Shown here: in pieces, positions 1-10,257 of the stretch
How the letters are laid out: every line of letters begins with the position of its first letter
Numbering within the stretch: position 1 is the first letter of the stretch
DNA from: Sorangium sp. So ce388
GTDB taxonomy: Bacteria > Myxococcota_A > Polyangia > Polyangiales > Polyangiaceae
Length of the DNA: 64,000 bases
NCBI RefSeq assembly: GCF_051474125.1
Contig: NZ_CP150338.1
Span: 9,350,583-9,414,582 of the forward strand
Reading direction: 5' to 3'
The notes under the pieces: model-generated
What the model was told of the DNA's origin: nothing
What the model saw: the letters and a program-made list of their open reading frames with translations, nothing else
Databases searched by the model: none
Made by a program: the position numbers and the translations under genes

Positions 1-2022
1 GGAGCATGCCTGGAGGGCGGGCTCGAGTGCGGCACGAGCTTGTGCCCATCAGGCTATGAGTGCAAAGACATCGGGGGCATTCCCTATTGCGTCGAGCCCG
101 CCTACTGCGACGGCGTGGTGTCGGTGGGAGAGGCCTGCGACCCGAAAGCGCTTCCTTCCTGCGTGGAATTAGGCCATGATTTTGGCGTCACCGAATGCGA
201 CGATATCTGCAACAGCCTATCGACGGCGCTGTGCGGAGATTGGAACTGGCATCTTCAGCAGACGGACACAACGGAGCCCCTCAACGCCCTATGGGGAAGT
301 GGGCGTCAGGACGTCTTTGCCGTCGGCGAGCAGGGCACCGTCATGCGCTACAATGGCCGGCGCTGGAAGACCATGACGTCACCCACGACGGAGTCGCTGG
401 TCGACGTATGGGGAAGCGGACCGGAAGACGTGTTCTCTATCGGCCAGACAGGCACCATCGCGCACTACGACGGCGCGAGCTGGCGCGTCATCGAGCAGCC
501 CGCGTTTGACTCCGAGATGTGCCCGGATGCCCCGAATTGCGTAAGAGCCGCATGGGGCAGCGGAGCGAGCAACATCTTTGCCATCCTCAGCATTAACCGA
601 GTCGCGCGCTTTGACGGCCAGGACTGGCAACTCATGGATACGCCGAGCTCGGACGCGCGCTTGACGGATGTATGGGGCATCGGGCCGAACAACGTCACCG
701 TCGTCGGATCCGACAACACGATCCTGCGCCACGACGGCAACGGCAACGACTGGAAGCCCATGAATACGCCGGAGTCGGAAGCTCCATTGATAGGTGTGTG
801 GGGCAGCGGGCAGGACGGTTTCTTCGCTGTCGGTCAGACTGGCACGATCCTGCGCTACAACGGTGACGGCCCCACCTGGCAGCTCGAGGAGCTGTCCCAG
901 TCGGGGTTCCCTGAAGGTCTGATGCTGGAGAAGGCATGGGGTAGTGGCCCGCACGATATCTTTGGCGTCGGCGGCGCAGGCAAGGTCGTACACTACGATG
1001 GGCATCGCTGGAAGAGGCTGCTATCGGAAACATTGAATAGCCTGAAAGACGTATGGGGCAGCGGGCCGGATGATGTCTTCGCCGCCGGCGATGACGGCAC
1101 GATACTGCACTACAGCGGCGAGGCCTGGGGGAAGTTACCCGAGCGCGCAACGCCGCCGATAATCAACGTATGGGGCAGCGGCCTGGGCGATGTCTTTGCA
1201 GTCGGTCCGGAGGGCACGATCCTGCAATACAATGGCGAGGACTGGCAGCCTGCTAACCTGGAGGCCGCGATCCCGGACCCGGAGGCGCGGTCAAAGCTGG
1301 CGCTGCTGGGTGTTTGGGGTAGCGGACCGAAAAACGTCCTCGCTGTCGGTTCGAATGGTACGATCCTGCGCTACGACGGCCAGGACTGGAAGATCCTCCC
1401 GATAGAGATAGACTCACCGATGCATCAAACGCTGAGGAGCGTGTGGGGTAGCGAGCCGGAGAACATCTTCGTTGTCAGCTACGAGGGCACGATCCTGCAC
1501 TACGACGGCCTGGACCGGCCGCCCACGATGTGGAAGACGGAGGAAAGGCTGAGAAGCGTGTGGGGTAGTGAGGAGAACGACGTCTATGCCGTCGGCGAGA
1601 ATGGCACGATCCTTCACTACGACGGCCAGGGCTGGCTGCCCGTCATGATGAAACCGCCGACACAGGAAATGCTCAGGAGCGTGTGGGGTAGCGGGCCGAA
1701 CGATGTCTTTGTCGTCGGCGGTAACGGCATGATCCTGCACTTCGAGGACGGGACCTGGAAGCTCGAGGATCCGCCCACCCGGCAAGATCTGTTCGATGTA
1801 TGGGGTAGCGGTCCGAATGACGTCTTTGCTGTCGGCGCGAACGGCACATTCCTGTACTACGACGGCGGCTCCTGGCTGGAGCTCAACTCGCGAACCGACG
1901 CCCAGCTCAACGCCTTGTGGGGCAAGGGCAACTCCGCCTTCGTTGTCGGCCAGGTCTCACTGTCCGACGACAGCACGGAGGGCGTCATGTACCGCCATAC
2001 CCGGACGGCACCGAACCGGTGA
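1..2022 (+). CDS. Secreted repeat protein, 5'-truncated at the window edge. It has a Cys-rich N-terminus followed by about 15 copies of a ~40-aa repeat (WGSGPxDVFAVGxxGTILHYDGxxW), consistent with a beta-propeller.
   Basis: Frame 1 is open from nt 1 and stops at 2020-2022. The ~40-aa WGSG...GTILHYDG periodicity is obvious in the translation. The Cys-rich start (CxxGxxC, CDG) resembles the Cys module of the Kelch proteins downstream. Confidence 0.55.
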   Translation, partial: GACLEGGLECGTSLCPSGYECKDIGGIPYCVEPAYCDGVVSVGEACDPKALPSCVELGHDFGVTECDDICNSLSTALCGDWNWHLQQTDTTEPLNALWGSGRQDVFAVGEQGTVMRYNGRRWKTMTSPTTESLVDVWGSGPEDVFSIGQTGTIAHYDGASWRVIEQPAFDSEMCPDAPNCVRAAWGSGASNIFAILSINRVARFDGQDWQLMDTPSSDARLTDVWGIGPNNVTVVGSDNTILRHDGNGNDWKPMNTPESEAPLIGVWGSGQDGFFAVGQTGTILRYNGDGPTWQLEELSQSGFPEGLMLEKAWGSGPHDIFGVGGAGKVVHYDGHRWKRLLSETLNSLKDVWGSGPDDVFAAGDDGTILHYSGEAWGKLPERATPPIINVWGSGLGDVFAVGPEGTILQYNGEDWQPANLEAAIPDPEARSKLALLGVWGSGPKNVLAVGSNGTILRYDGQDWKILPIEIDSPMHQTLRSVWGSEPENIFVVSYEGTILHYDGLDRPPTMWKTEERLRSVWGSEENDVYAVGENGTILHYDGQGWLPVMMKPPTQEMLRSVWGSGPNDVFVVGGNGMILHFEDGTWKLEDPPTRQDLFDVWGSGPNDVFAVGANGTFLYYDGGSWLELNSRTDAQLNALWGKGNSAFVVGQVSLSDDSTEGVMYRHTRTAPNR

Positions 2023-2154
2023 TCGCGTGCGCTCCGTTCGGGGAACGGCCCGGGGCTGCGCGCCGTGCTCGGCGAGACGCGCTGACCGCGAAGGCGCCCC
2101 CGGAGCCTGACGGGTCCGTCGCCTACCCCGGCTCGCCCCCTCGCCGGCCGCCCG

Positions 2155-5079
2155 TCACTTCAGCTTCTTCGCGAACTTCCCGCTCGTGCGCTCGATCAAC
2201 TGCTGCAGCTCGCGCTTGCTCTGCAGCGCGGCGTCCCGCGCCTTCTGCGCCTCGGCCGCCGCCGCGCGGGCCTTCTCGGCCTCGTCCTCGGCGCGCTCTC
2301 GGGCCTGCTCCGCGGCGCGTCGCATCTGCTCGGCCAGGCTCCGCTGCGCGTCGCTGTCCTGCCGCGCGCTCTCCGCCACGCTCCTCGCCTGCTCGGCCAG
2401 GCTCCGCTGCGCATCGCTGTCCCGCCGCGCGCTCTCCGCCGCGATCCTCGCCGCCTCCTCGCGCGCGAGCGCGCCGCTCAGCCTGCCCTCCGCCCTCTGG
2501 ATCTTGTCGAGCTGCGCCTCGATCTCCTGCTTCTGCTGGGTCACCTCCACGTACCCCGTCACCGCCGCGACCACCACCAGCGAGAGGGCCGCGATGACCC
2601 CGGTGACGAGCCGGCGTCGCCGGCGCTGCGTGTGGTCGGCCAGCCGGAGCACCGCCTCCAGGAAGAGCCGCTCCCGCTCCGGCAGCTCCCCCCGGGTGCG
2701 CCCGCGAAAGCCGCGCGCCTCCTCGGCGACCTTGCCGCGCCAGAGCGTGTCCGCGGCGCGGCCGCTCGCGTCCCAGAGCCTCGCCGCCGCGCGGAGCCGG
2801 TCCAGGAACACCGCGTCGCCCTGGCTCTCGTCGAGCCAGCGCGCGAGCGTCGGCCACCGCTCGATCAGCGACTCGTGCACGAGCTCCACCGTGCTGCCCG
2901 CGCGGTCGCTCCCCTTCTCGATCGCCAGGAGCCGCCCGTCGGCGAGCAAGCCCACCACCCGCTCGATCTCGCCCGGGTCCCCGGGCAGCTCGCAGAGCTC
3001 GCCCAGGCTGGCCACCGCCCGCGTGCGCTCCGGCGTCACCAGCCGCTCCAGCACCGCCCGCGACAGCCTCGCCTGGCGCTCGCTCATCCCGGCCAGCACC
3101 GTGTCCGCGTGGCTCGCCAGCGCGCCCGCCACGCCGCCGATCGCCTCGTAGCTCGCCCGCGTGAGCAGCCGGCGCCCCCGGTCGCGCATCTCCCACAGCC
3201 TCGCCGCCGTGAACTGGAGCAGCGGCAGCGCGCCCCGTGTCGTCGAGAGGGCGTCGAGGATGCCCTCGACCATCGCCGGCTCCTCGATCTCGTGCCGCGC
3301 CGCCTCGACCGGCTTCACCAGCGCCTCGCGCAGCCCCTCGCGCCCCATCGGCCGCAGGAACACGAGGCCGCGGGTCATCGCCGCCATGAAGTGCTCGTGC
3401 TCGGCCATCCGCTCGAGGAAATCCGATCGGACCGACAGGACGACCCGGAGCGGCGAGGAGGCGTCGTCGGCGATGCCCTCGAGGCACGCGAGGAACGCCG
3501 CGCGCTCGCCGGCCGGGGCGCCGAGCGCGATGAGCTCCTCGAACTGATCGATGAACAAGAGGAGCCGCTTCTGCGCGCGGCCCGCCCACCCGCGCAGCGC
3601 GGCGCCGAGCAGGCCGGGCTCGGCGCGCAGCCGCGCGACCAGGGCCGCCCGCGCCTCGGCGCCGCTCTCCAGGGCGAGCGCCTGCAGCTCGCCGCTCAGC
3701 GTCACGGCAGGGCTCCTGAAGAGCTCCGCGAGCGCCGCCATCGGCTCGCGCCCGGGCCGGAGGACGAGCGCCTCCCAGCCCTCACCGGAGCGCTTGAGCG
3801 CCGGGATCACCCCGGCCCGCACGAGCGACGATTTCCCCACCCCCGACGCGCCCGCGATCGCGAGCAGCGGCTGGTTCCGGAGGCGCGCGACCACGCCCGC
3901 GAGGTCCTGCGCGCGGCCGAAGAAGCGGTCGGCGTCGGCCTCCTGAAAGGACGAGAGGCCCGCAAAAGGGCTCTCGTCGGCGCCGAGGTGGAGCTCCCGA
4001 CGCCCGGGCAGGAGGGGCAAGAGCTCGGCCAGGAGCTCCTCGGCGGAGGCGAACCGCTCCGCTTTGTCCTTCCGCAGACAGCGATCGATGAGCGCGCCGA
4101 GCGCGCCTACCTCGGGGTGGCGCGCGCCTACCTCGGGCATCGGCTCGTCGAGGACCGGCACGCGGAGGAGGTCCATCCTGCTGCAGGGCGCGAGCGGGTG
4201 CGCGCCGAGCACGAGCTCGTGCAGCATGATGCCCACCGCCCAGACATCGCTGGACGGGTCGATCTCCGCTCCTCGCCACTGCTCCGGGGACATGTACGGC
4301 AGCGTGCCGACGATCCCTCCGTCGCGGGTCAGTCGCGTTTCCCCGGCGCCAGGGCCCTCGGCCATGAGGCTCGCCTGGTCGTCGCGCAGCTTGGCAATGC
4401 CGAAATCGACCACCTTGATCGCGCCCGACGCGTCCAGCATGACGTTCTCCGGCTTGAGATCGCGATGGACGATGCCGGACGCGTGCGCGCTCGCGAGCGC
4501 GCGCACGACGGGGACCATCATCTCGACGGCCAGGCCAGGTGGGACCGGCGCTGTCGACACCTCGTCGGCGGCGCCGGCGGGCCTGCGCCGCTCCATCCAG
4601 TCGCGGAAGCTCTGCCCCTCGATGTACTCGAGCACCATGTACGGGAATCGGTCGTGCTCGTTCACCTCATGGATCGTCACGATATGCTCGTGCTTGCAGC
4701 GCGCGGTGGCCTGCGCTTCGACCACGAAGCGCTGGACGCCGGTGCTGCTCAGCCTGGTGAGGAGCTTGATCGCGACGAGGCGCGCGAGCCGTGTATCGCG
4801 CGCCAGGAAGACCACGCCCATGCCGCCCTGGCCGAGCTCGCGCAGGAGCTCGTAGTGGCCGACGCGGGCGCCGACCGACGGCGGCGGCCTGGCCTGCGCC
4901 AGGAGCGCCGACGGCGCGACGGCCATCGCGGTTGTCGTTTGGCCCCCCGCGTATCGAGCGCCCGCGGCCGCGCCGCCGTCCCTGACGATCGCCCCGTCGG
5001 GCAGCGCAACCTCGGGGGGCGCCGCGCCGGCGCCCGTCGTGTTCGCAGCGACGGTGGCCGCATACGCTTCGCTGTTCAT
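2155..5079 (-). CDS. Ser/Thr protein kinase fused to a P-loop (STAND-like) NTPase, with a single TM helix and a C-terminal coiled-coil.
   Basis: Kinase motifs are present: [11 protein letters not shown] (Gly loop), [18 protein letters not shown] Walker A box ([10 protein letters not shown]) is followed by a Walker B-like [13 protein letters not shown] segment ([19 protein letters not shown]) precedes [13 protein letters not shown] coiled-coil repeats. Confidence 0.8.
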   Translation of the reverse strand: MNSEAYAATVAANTTGAGAAPPEVALPDGAIVRDGGAAAGARYAGGQTTTAMAVAPSALLAQARPPPSVGARVGHYELLRELGQGGMGVVFLARDTRLARLVAIKLLTRLSSTGVQRFVVEAQATARCKHEHIVTIHEVNEHDRFPYMVLEYIEGQSFRDWMERRRPAGAADEVSTAPVPPGLAVEMMVPVVRALASAHASGIVHRDLKPENVMLDASGAIKVVDFGIAKLRDDQASLMAEGPGAGETRLTRDGGIVGTLPYMSPEQWRGAEIDPSSDVWAVGIMLHELVLGAHPLAPCSRMDLLRVPVLDEPMPEVGARHPEVGALGALIDRCLRKDKAERFASAEELLAELLPLLPGRRELHLGADESPFAGLSSFQEADADRFFGRAQDLAGVVARLRNQPLLAIAGASGVGKSSLVRAGVIPALKRSGEGWEALVLRPGREPMAALAELFRSPAVTLSGELQALALESGAEARAALVARLRAEPGLLGAALRGWAGRAQKRLLLFIDQFEELIALGAPAGERAAFLACLEGIADDASSPLRVVLSVRSDFLERMAEHEHFMAAMTRGLVFLRPMGREGLREALVKPVEAARHEIEEPAMVEGILDALSTTRGALPLLQFTAARLWEMRDRGRRLLTRASYEAIGGVAGALASHADTVLAGMSERQARLSRAVLERLVTPERTRAVASLGELCELPGDPGEIERVVGLLADGRLLAIEKGSDRAGSTVELVHESLIERWPTLARWLDESQGDAVFLDRLRAAARLWDASGRAADTLWRGKVAEEARGFRGRTRGELPERERLFLEAVLRLADHTQRRRRRLVTGVIAALSLVVVAAVTGYVEVTQQKQEIEAQLDKIQRAEGRLSGALAREEAARIAAESARRDSDAQRSLAEQARSVAESARQDSDAQRSLAEQMRRAAEQARERAEDEAEKARAAAAEAQKARDAALQSKRELQQLIERTSGKFAKKLK

Positions 5080-5530
5080 CGCCGGACCCCTCCAGCGGTC
5101 GCGCTCGACCGCGCAGACCGTCGACGAAGCTGCTCCTCAGGGACCAGCATGCGGGAATCCCCCTTCCTTCCGCGCCAGACAGACGAAGATCGACGCCGCG
5201 CTGGGCACGGTGAGTTGGCAGCCAGCGCGCTGGTGAGAGCATAGCCGTTTCGGTGAGCGCCTGTACACTCCTTGCCACACAGCGTACCCAGGCCAGCTTC
5301 CCTGACATGCGGCCTGATGGCGATCACCGGGTTCCAGGCGCCCGGGCGTCCGACGGCATCCCCGGGCGCCGGCTCACTTTACAGGAGGATCCGCGAGATG
5401 TAGCCTGGATGAGGACGTACGCTGACCCGCTGGTCACGGTGTGCGCTCGACGCACCCAGCGAGCCTGGGCGCGTCCTCACGGGTGCGCGGGCGGGTGTCC
5501 ACGGACGCCCCGGAGGAGAGGCGCTCGGCC

Positions 5531-6538
5531 ATGATGACGACGACGCACGCACGACCCGCTCACGTCGCGCTCTCGACGGCGAAGCTCCTCCTGCCCATCG
5601 CGTTCCTGGCCCTGGGCGCCGCGCCCGCGCGAGCCCAGACGCCGCTGCCGCCATGGCACCAGGGGGTCTCGGAGGAGCGAAAGCAGCGAGCAGATGCGCT
5701 CTTCGAGGAGGCAAAGGAGCTGCACCAGCGCATGATGCTCGCCGACGCGCGGGCAAAGTACGACGAGGCGCTGGCGTTATGGGAGCAACCCCAGCTGCGG
5801 CTCTACCTGGGACGGTTGCTCAGGACCATCGGGCGGCCGCTGCTCGCCTATGACAGCCTGCGTAGATCCCTGCAATGGGGGCCTGGGTCGCTCGATCCCG
5901 ACGACGAGCAGGAGGCGCGCGCGACGCTGCGAGCGCTCGTGGAGCGCGACCTCGCCGCCGTCGTGATCCGCTGTGACGAGCCGGGCGCCGCCGTGCTGCT
6001 CGACGGCGTGCCCTGGTTCGTCGGCCCCGGCACGGAGCGCCGGATGGTCACGCCCGGGGAGCACGTCCTCGTGGCGAGGAAGCGGGGCTATTTCACGGTC
6101 GTCGAGCACATCGCCGTGTTCGCCGGCAAAGAAGCTTCAGGTCAGCTCGCCCTGAGCGCCGATACGGTCATCACCAAACAGCGGTGGCCCGCCTGGATCC
6201 CCTGGGTCACGGTCGGGGCCGGTGCTGCCCTGGTCGCCGCGGGTGGCGGGCTCATGCGGCATGCCGACGCGGTCCACGGAGATGCAGAGGCGGACTTCCG
6301 GAGCGAATGCCGTTCATCCTGCCCCGCGAGCTACGATGACGCTGGTAGCGTTCTCGAGAACCGGCTGGCGATCGGCGCCCTCATCGTCGGCGGAGCGACG
6401 GCGGTCACGGGGACGGCCCTGCTCTTCATGAACAGGCCAGAGACCTACCGCCCCGAGGACCGGGGCGGCGTGAAGCTCGAGGTCCGGCCCGCCGCGTCCC
6501 CCGATGCGGCGGGGCTGTCGGCTCGGCTCGTGTTCTGA
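5531..6538 (+). CDS. Secreted TPR-like/PEGA-domain protein with a C-terminal TM segment.
   Basis: An internal ATG at 5531 is preceded by GGAGGAGAGG. The signal peptide is ...LPIAFLALGAAPARAQ. Helical TPR-like repeats are followed by a PEGA-like block (VIRCDEPGAAVLLDGVPWFVGPG...VLVARKRGYFTVVEHI). The tail is hydrophobic. Confidence 0.6.
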   Translation: MMTTTHARPAHVALSTAKLLLPIAFLALGAAPARAQTPLPPWHQGVSEERKQRADALFEEAKELHQRMMLADARAKYDEALALWEQPQLRLYLGRLLRTIGRPLLAYDSLRRSLQWGPGSLDPDDEQEARATLRALVERDLAAVVIRCDEPGAAVLLDGVPWFVGPGTERRMVTPGEHVLVARKRGYFTVVEHIAVFAGKEASGQLALSADTVITKQRWPAWIPWVTVGAGAALVAAGGGLMRHADAVHGDAEADFRSECRSSCPASYDDAGSVLENRLAIGALIVGGATAVTGTALLFMNRPETYRPEDRGGVKLEVRPAASPDAAGLSARLVF

Positions 6539-7028
6539 GGTGTCGTGAGCGCGGCGCTTGTCATGGCGACCGCTCGTGACGCCTGCGCCTGACGCGCGAT
6601 CGGGAGTGTGACCGTACAGTCGGTCGTGTAGACGCCGTGCGGCTGCCGATCTTGGCCGTCGAAGTCCGCCGTGTAGTTCAAGGAAGAGCCCTTCTTGAGC
6701 GACGAAACCGTCAGGGCGAAGATGTTGAACCCGTTGTAGCAGCCGTCCTCGGGCCCAATCTCGACCACAATGCGGATTCATCGGGGCCTCCATTGCGCTC
6801 GCCACCCTCGTCGCCTGGCCACACTTTGGACAGCGCCAGGTCACTCCCGCAGGCTGGGGAGTGAAGGCGGCCCCTCGGGTGCGTGGATAGACTATTCTTC
6901 CGAGGAGGCATTTTTATGCGTCGACCGGCGCGTACAGCGTGGCCGTACGATTGAACGGCCGCTACGAGGAGCTTGACTTACGGATCGATTCTGGATTTTC
7001 TCGCCTATCGAGAGGATTGGAGGATGAC

Positions 7029-8312
7029 ATGCAGGATGCAGGGGGCGCGGCCCCGGACATCGGCCCCGCGACCCTGAAGCAGATCACCCGTGGCCTGATG
7101 CCGCTCTTCTGCCTGATGTACCTGATCGCGTACATCGACCGGCAGAACGTCTCCTACGCCAAGCTGGAGATGGTGGGCGCCCTGGGCCTCACCGAAGCCG
7201 CCTACGGCCTCGGCGCCTCGCTGTTCTTCCTCGGCTACTTCCTGTTCGAGGCGCCGGCCAACCTGATCCTCGTCCGCGTCGGCGCCCGGGTCTGGTTCAG
7301 CCGGATCATGGGCACCTGGGGCCTCGTCACCATCGCGCTGGGGTTCACCCAGAGCCCGGCCATGTTCTTCGTCCTGCGCTTCCTGCTGGGCGTGACGGAG
7401 GCCGGGTTCTTCCCGGGCGTGCTCTACGTCCTGACCCTCTGGTACCCGCAGGCGCACCGCGCCCGCATGGTCGGCGCCTTCATGATGGCCAGCGCCGTGG
7501 CCAACGCGGTGGGCTCGGTCATCGGCGGCGCTCTGCTCGAACTCAACGGCCTCCTGGGGCTGGCTGGCTGGCAGTGGGTGTTCGTGGCCACCGGCGCTCC
7601 CGCCGTCCTGCTCGCGCCCTACGTCCTCTGGCGCCTGCCGAGCCACCCCGAGCAGGCCCGCTTCCTCACCCCCGACCAGAAGGCCTGGATCGCCCGGACC
7701 CTCGCCGCGGAGCCCCGCCAGCAGGCGGACGGCTCCCCCTGGCGGGCCTTGCTGGACCTACGCGTGCTGGCGCTCGCCGTCCTGTATATCGGCTTGCCGC
7801 TCGGCGCTTACGGCCTCAGCTACTGGCTGCCCACCGTCGTGAAGGGTTTCGGCGCCTCGAACATCCAGAACGGCTTCATCAACGTCATCCCGTGGGTCTT
7901 CGTCGCCTTCGCGCTCTGGTGGGTGCCGCGCCACGCCGCCCGCAACGGCGTCAGCGCCTGGCACATCTCCGGCCCCATGCTGCTGGGCGCCCTCACGCTG
8001 GTGCTGAGCGTGGTCATCCCGGGCGCAGCGCTCAAGTTCGCCCTGCTGTGCGTCGCCGCCGCCGCCATCTTCGCCGGCCAGCCGGTGTTCTGGAGCGTGC
8101 CCCAGAAGATCCTCGCGGGCCCGCACGCCGCCGCCGGCATCGCCGCCATCAACTCGGTGGGCAACCTCGGCGGTTTCGTGGCCCAGAACGTCGTGCCGCG
8201 CATCTACGACGCGACCGGCAGCCAGCTCGCCCCCATGCTGTTCCTGGCCGGCTGCCTGCTCATCGCCGGCGTCAGCATCAAGGTGCTCGTCCCCCGGCTG
8301 GCAGGCTGGTAG
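7029..8312 (+). CDS. MFS transporter, anion:cation symporter-like; probably a sugar-acid permease.
   Basis: Multi-TM protein with the MFS signature LIAYIDRQN..GLT.....GASLFFLGYFLFE.P.N. An SD (GGAGG) lies 8 nt upstream of the 7029 ATG. An alternative start is at 6939. Confidence 0.8.
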   Translation: MQDAGGAAPDIGPATLKQITRGLMPLFCLMYLIAYIDRQNVSYAKLEMVGALGLTEAAYGLGASLFFLGYFLFEAPANLILVRVGARVWFSRIMGTWGLVTIALGFTQSPAMFFVLRFLLGVTEAGFFPGVLYVLTLWYPQAHRARMVGAFMMASAVANAVGSVIGGALLELNGLLGLAGWQWVFVATGAPAVLLAPYVLWRLPSHPEQARFLTPDQKAWIARTLAAEPRQQADGSPWRALLDLRVLALAVLYIGLPLGAYGLSYWLPTVVKGFGASNIQNGFINVIPWVFVAFALWWVPRHAARNGVSAWHISGPMLLGALTLVLSVVIPGAALKFALLCVAAAAIFAGQPVFWSVPQKILAGPHAAAGIAAINSVGNLGGFVAQNVVPRIYDATGSQLAPMLFLAGCLLIAGVSIKVLVPRLAGW

Positions 8313-8513
8313 GGCGCCGCCGGATCAGGCCTGGCGGCCGCAGGCCGCCGCCAGCGTCCGCAACGTCGACCCTGCTGGTTTCCGTACCTGCCGCCGCGCC
8401 GCGCAACCGGACACGTAGAGCTGGAACGTGTCCGACGCCGACATCCTGAGCTTGTGGCTCGAACCCGGCGTCGACCGACCTTCCCTCGCATCCCCGATGA
8501 TGGACCTCGACCG

Positions 8514-10241
8514 ATGACCACCAAGAAGCCTCTGCGCAGCCAGGCCTGGTTCGCCCGCCAGGACAAGATGGGGTTCTACTACCGCTCCTGGCTCAAGAAC
8601 CGAGGCTTCCCGCAGGACCAGTTCGACGGACGGCCGGTGATCGGGATCTGCAACACCTGGTCCGAGCTCACGCCCTGCAATTCGCATTTCAGGACGATCG
8701 CCGAGCACGCCCGCTGGGGGATCCTGGAGGCCGGCGGCTTCCCCCTCGAATTCCCGGTGATGTCGCTCGGCGAGACGATGCTCCGCCCGACCGCGATGCT
8801 GTTCCGAAACCTCGCTTCCATGGATGTCGAGGAGTCGATCCGCGCCAACCCGCTCGACGGCGTCGTGCTCCTGATGGGCTGCGACAAGACCACCCCGGCC
8901 CTCCTCATGGGCGCGGCGAGCGTCGATCTGCCGAGCATCGGCGTCTCCGGCGGCCCGATGCTGCGCGGCATCTACAATGGCCGGCCCATCGGCTCGGGCA
9001 CCAACACCATCTCGATGAGCGAGCAGCTCCGCTCGGGCCGGATCACCCTGCAGGAATTCCACGAGGCCGAGGCCTCGATGCACCGCTCGCAGGGGCACTG
9101 CATGACCATGGGCACCGCCTCGACCATGGCCTGTATGGTCGAGGCCCTCGGGGTCGGGATGCCGGGCAACGCCGCCATCCCGGCGGTCGATGCCCGCCGC
9201 AACCTCCTCGCCCGCGAGGCCGGGCGGCGGATCGTCGAGCTGGTCCGGCAGGACGTCGCGCTCTCGCAGATCCTCACCCGCGAAGCCTTCGAGAACGCGA
9301 TCCGCGTCAACGGCGGCATCGGCGGTTCGACGAACGCCGTGGTTCACCTCATCGCCATGGCCCGGCGGATCGGCGTCGAGCTCGACCTTGACGACTGGGA
9401 CCGGCTCGGCCGGGAGGTGCGCTGCCTCGTCGACCTCATGCCCTCGGGCCGATTCCTCATGGAGGATTTCTTCGAGGCCGGGGGCCTGCCGGTCGTCATC
9501 CGCGAGCTTGCCGAGAACGGGCTCATCCACAAGGACGCCATGACGGTCAACGGCCGCACGATCTGGGAGAACAACCGGAACGCGGAGTGCTGGAACCGGG
9601 AAGTCATCCGCACCGTCGACGCGCCCTTCAAGCCGAGCGGCGGCATCGCGGTGCTGAAGGGCAATCTCGCGCCGGACGGCGCGGTCCTGAAGCCCTCCGC
9701 GGCCTCCCCGCACCTCATGAAGCATACCGGCCGCGCGGTGGTGTTCGAGACGATCGAGGACCTCCACGCCCGCATCAACGACGAGGCTCTCGACATCGAC
9801 GAGACCTGCATCATGGTGCTCAAGAATTGCGGTCCGAAGGGCTATCCAGGCATGGCCGAGGTCGGGAACATGCCGCTGCCGCCGAAGCTCCTGCGCCGGG
9901 GCGTCACCGACATCGTCCGGATCTCCGACGCCCGCATGTCGGGCACCGCTTACGGCACCGTCGTGCTGCACATCGCGCCGGAGGCGGCGGCCGGTGGCCC
10001 GCTCGCCCTCGTCGCGACCGGCGACCTCATCACCCTCGACGTCGAGGCGCGCAGCCTGCACCTGCACGTCGACGACGTGGAGCTGGCCCGGCGTCGCGCC
10101 GCCTGGACGCCACCCGCGCCGCACGCGGACCGCGGCTATCTCAAGCTCTATGTGGAGCACGTCCTCCAGGCGAACGACGGGGCCGACTTCGACTTCCTCG
10201 TCGGCAAGAGCGGCGCCCCCGTCGCCCGCGACAATCACTGA
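8514..10241 (+). CDS. IlvD/EDD-family dehydratase (sugar-acid dehydratase such as xylonate, arabonate or galactonate dehydratase).
   Basis: The N-terminus (RSQAWF....GFYYRSWLKNRGF) and the overall ~575-aa layout fit the IlvD/EDD family. A Cys-containing Fe-S region (CDKTTPALLMGA) is present. The start at 8514 follows the transporter gene. Confidence 0.85.
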   Translation: MTTKKPLRSQAWFARQDKMGFYYRSWLKNRGFPQDQFDGRPVIGICNTWSELTPCNSHFRTIAEHARWGILEAGGFPLEFPVMSLGETMLRPTAMLFRNLASMDVEESIRANPLDGVVLLMGCDKTTPALLMGAASVDLPSIGVSGGPMLRGIYNGRPIGSGTNTISMSEQLRSGRITLQEFHEAEASMHRSQGHCMTMGTASTMACMVEALGVGMPGNAAIPAVDARRNLLAREAGRRIVELVRQDVALSQILTREAFENAIRVNGGIGGSTNAVVHLIAMARRIGVELDLDDWDRLGREVRCLVDLMPSGRFLMEDFFEAGGLPVVIRELAENGLIHKDAMTVNGRTIWENNRNAECWNREVIRTVDAPFKPSGGIAVLKGNLAPDGAVLKPSAASPHLMKHTGRAVVFETIEDLHARINDEALDIDETCIMVLKNCGPKGYPGMAEVGNMPLPPKLLRRGVTDIVRISDARMSGTAYGTVVLHIAPEAAAGGPLALVATGDLITLDVEARSLHLHVDDVELARRRAAWTPPAPHADRGYLKLYVEHVLQANDGADFDFLVGKSGAPVARDNH

Positions 10242-10257
10242 ACCGGAGATCCACCTC

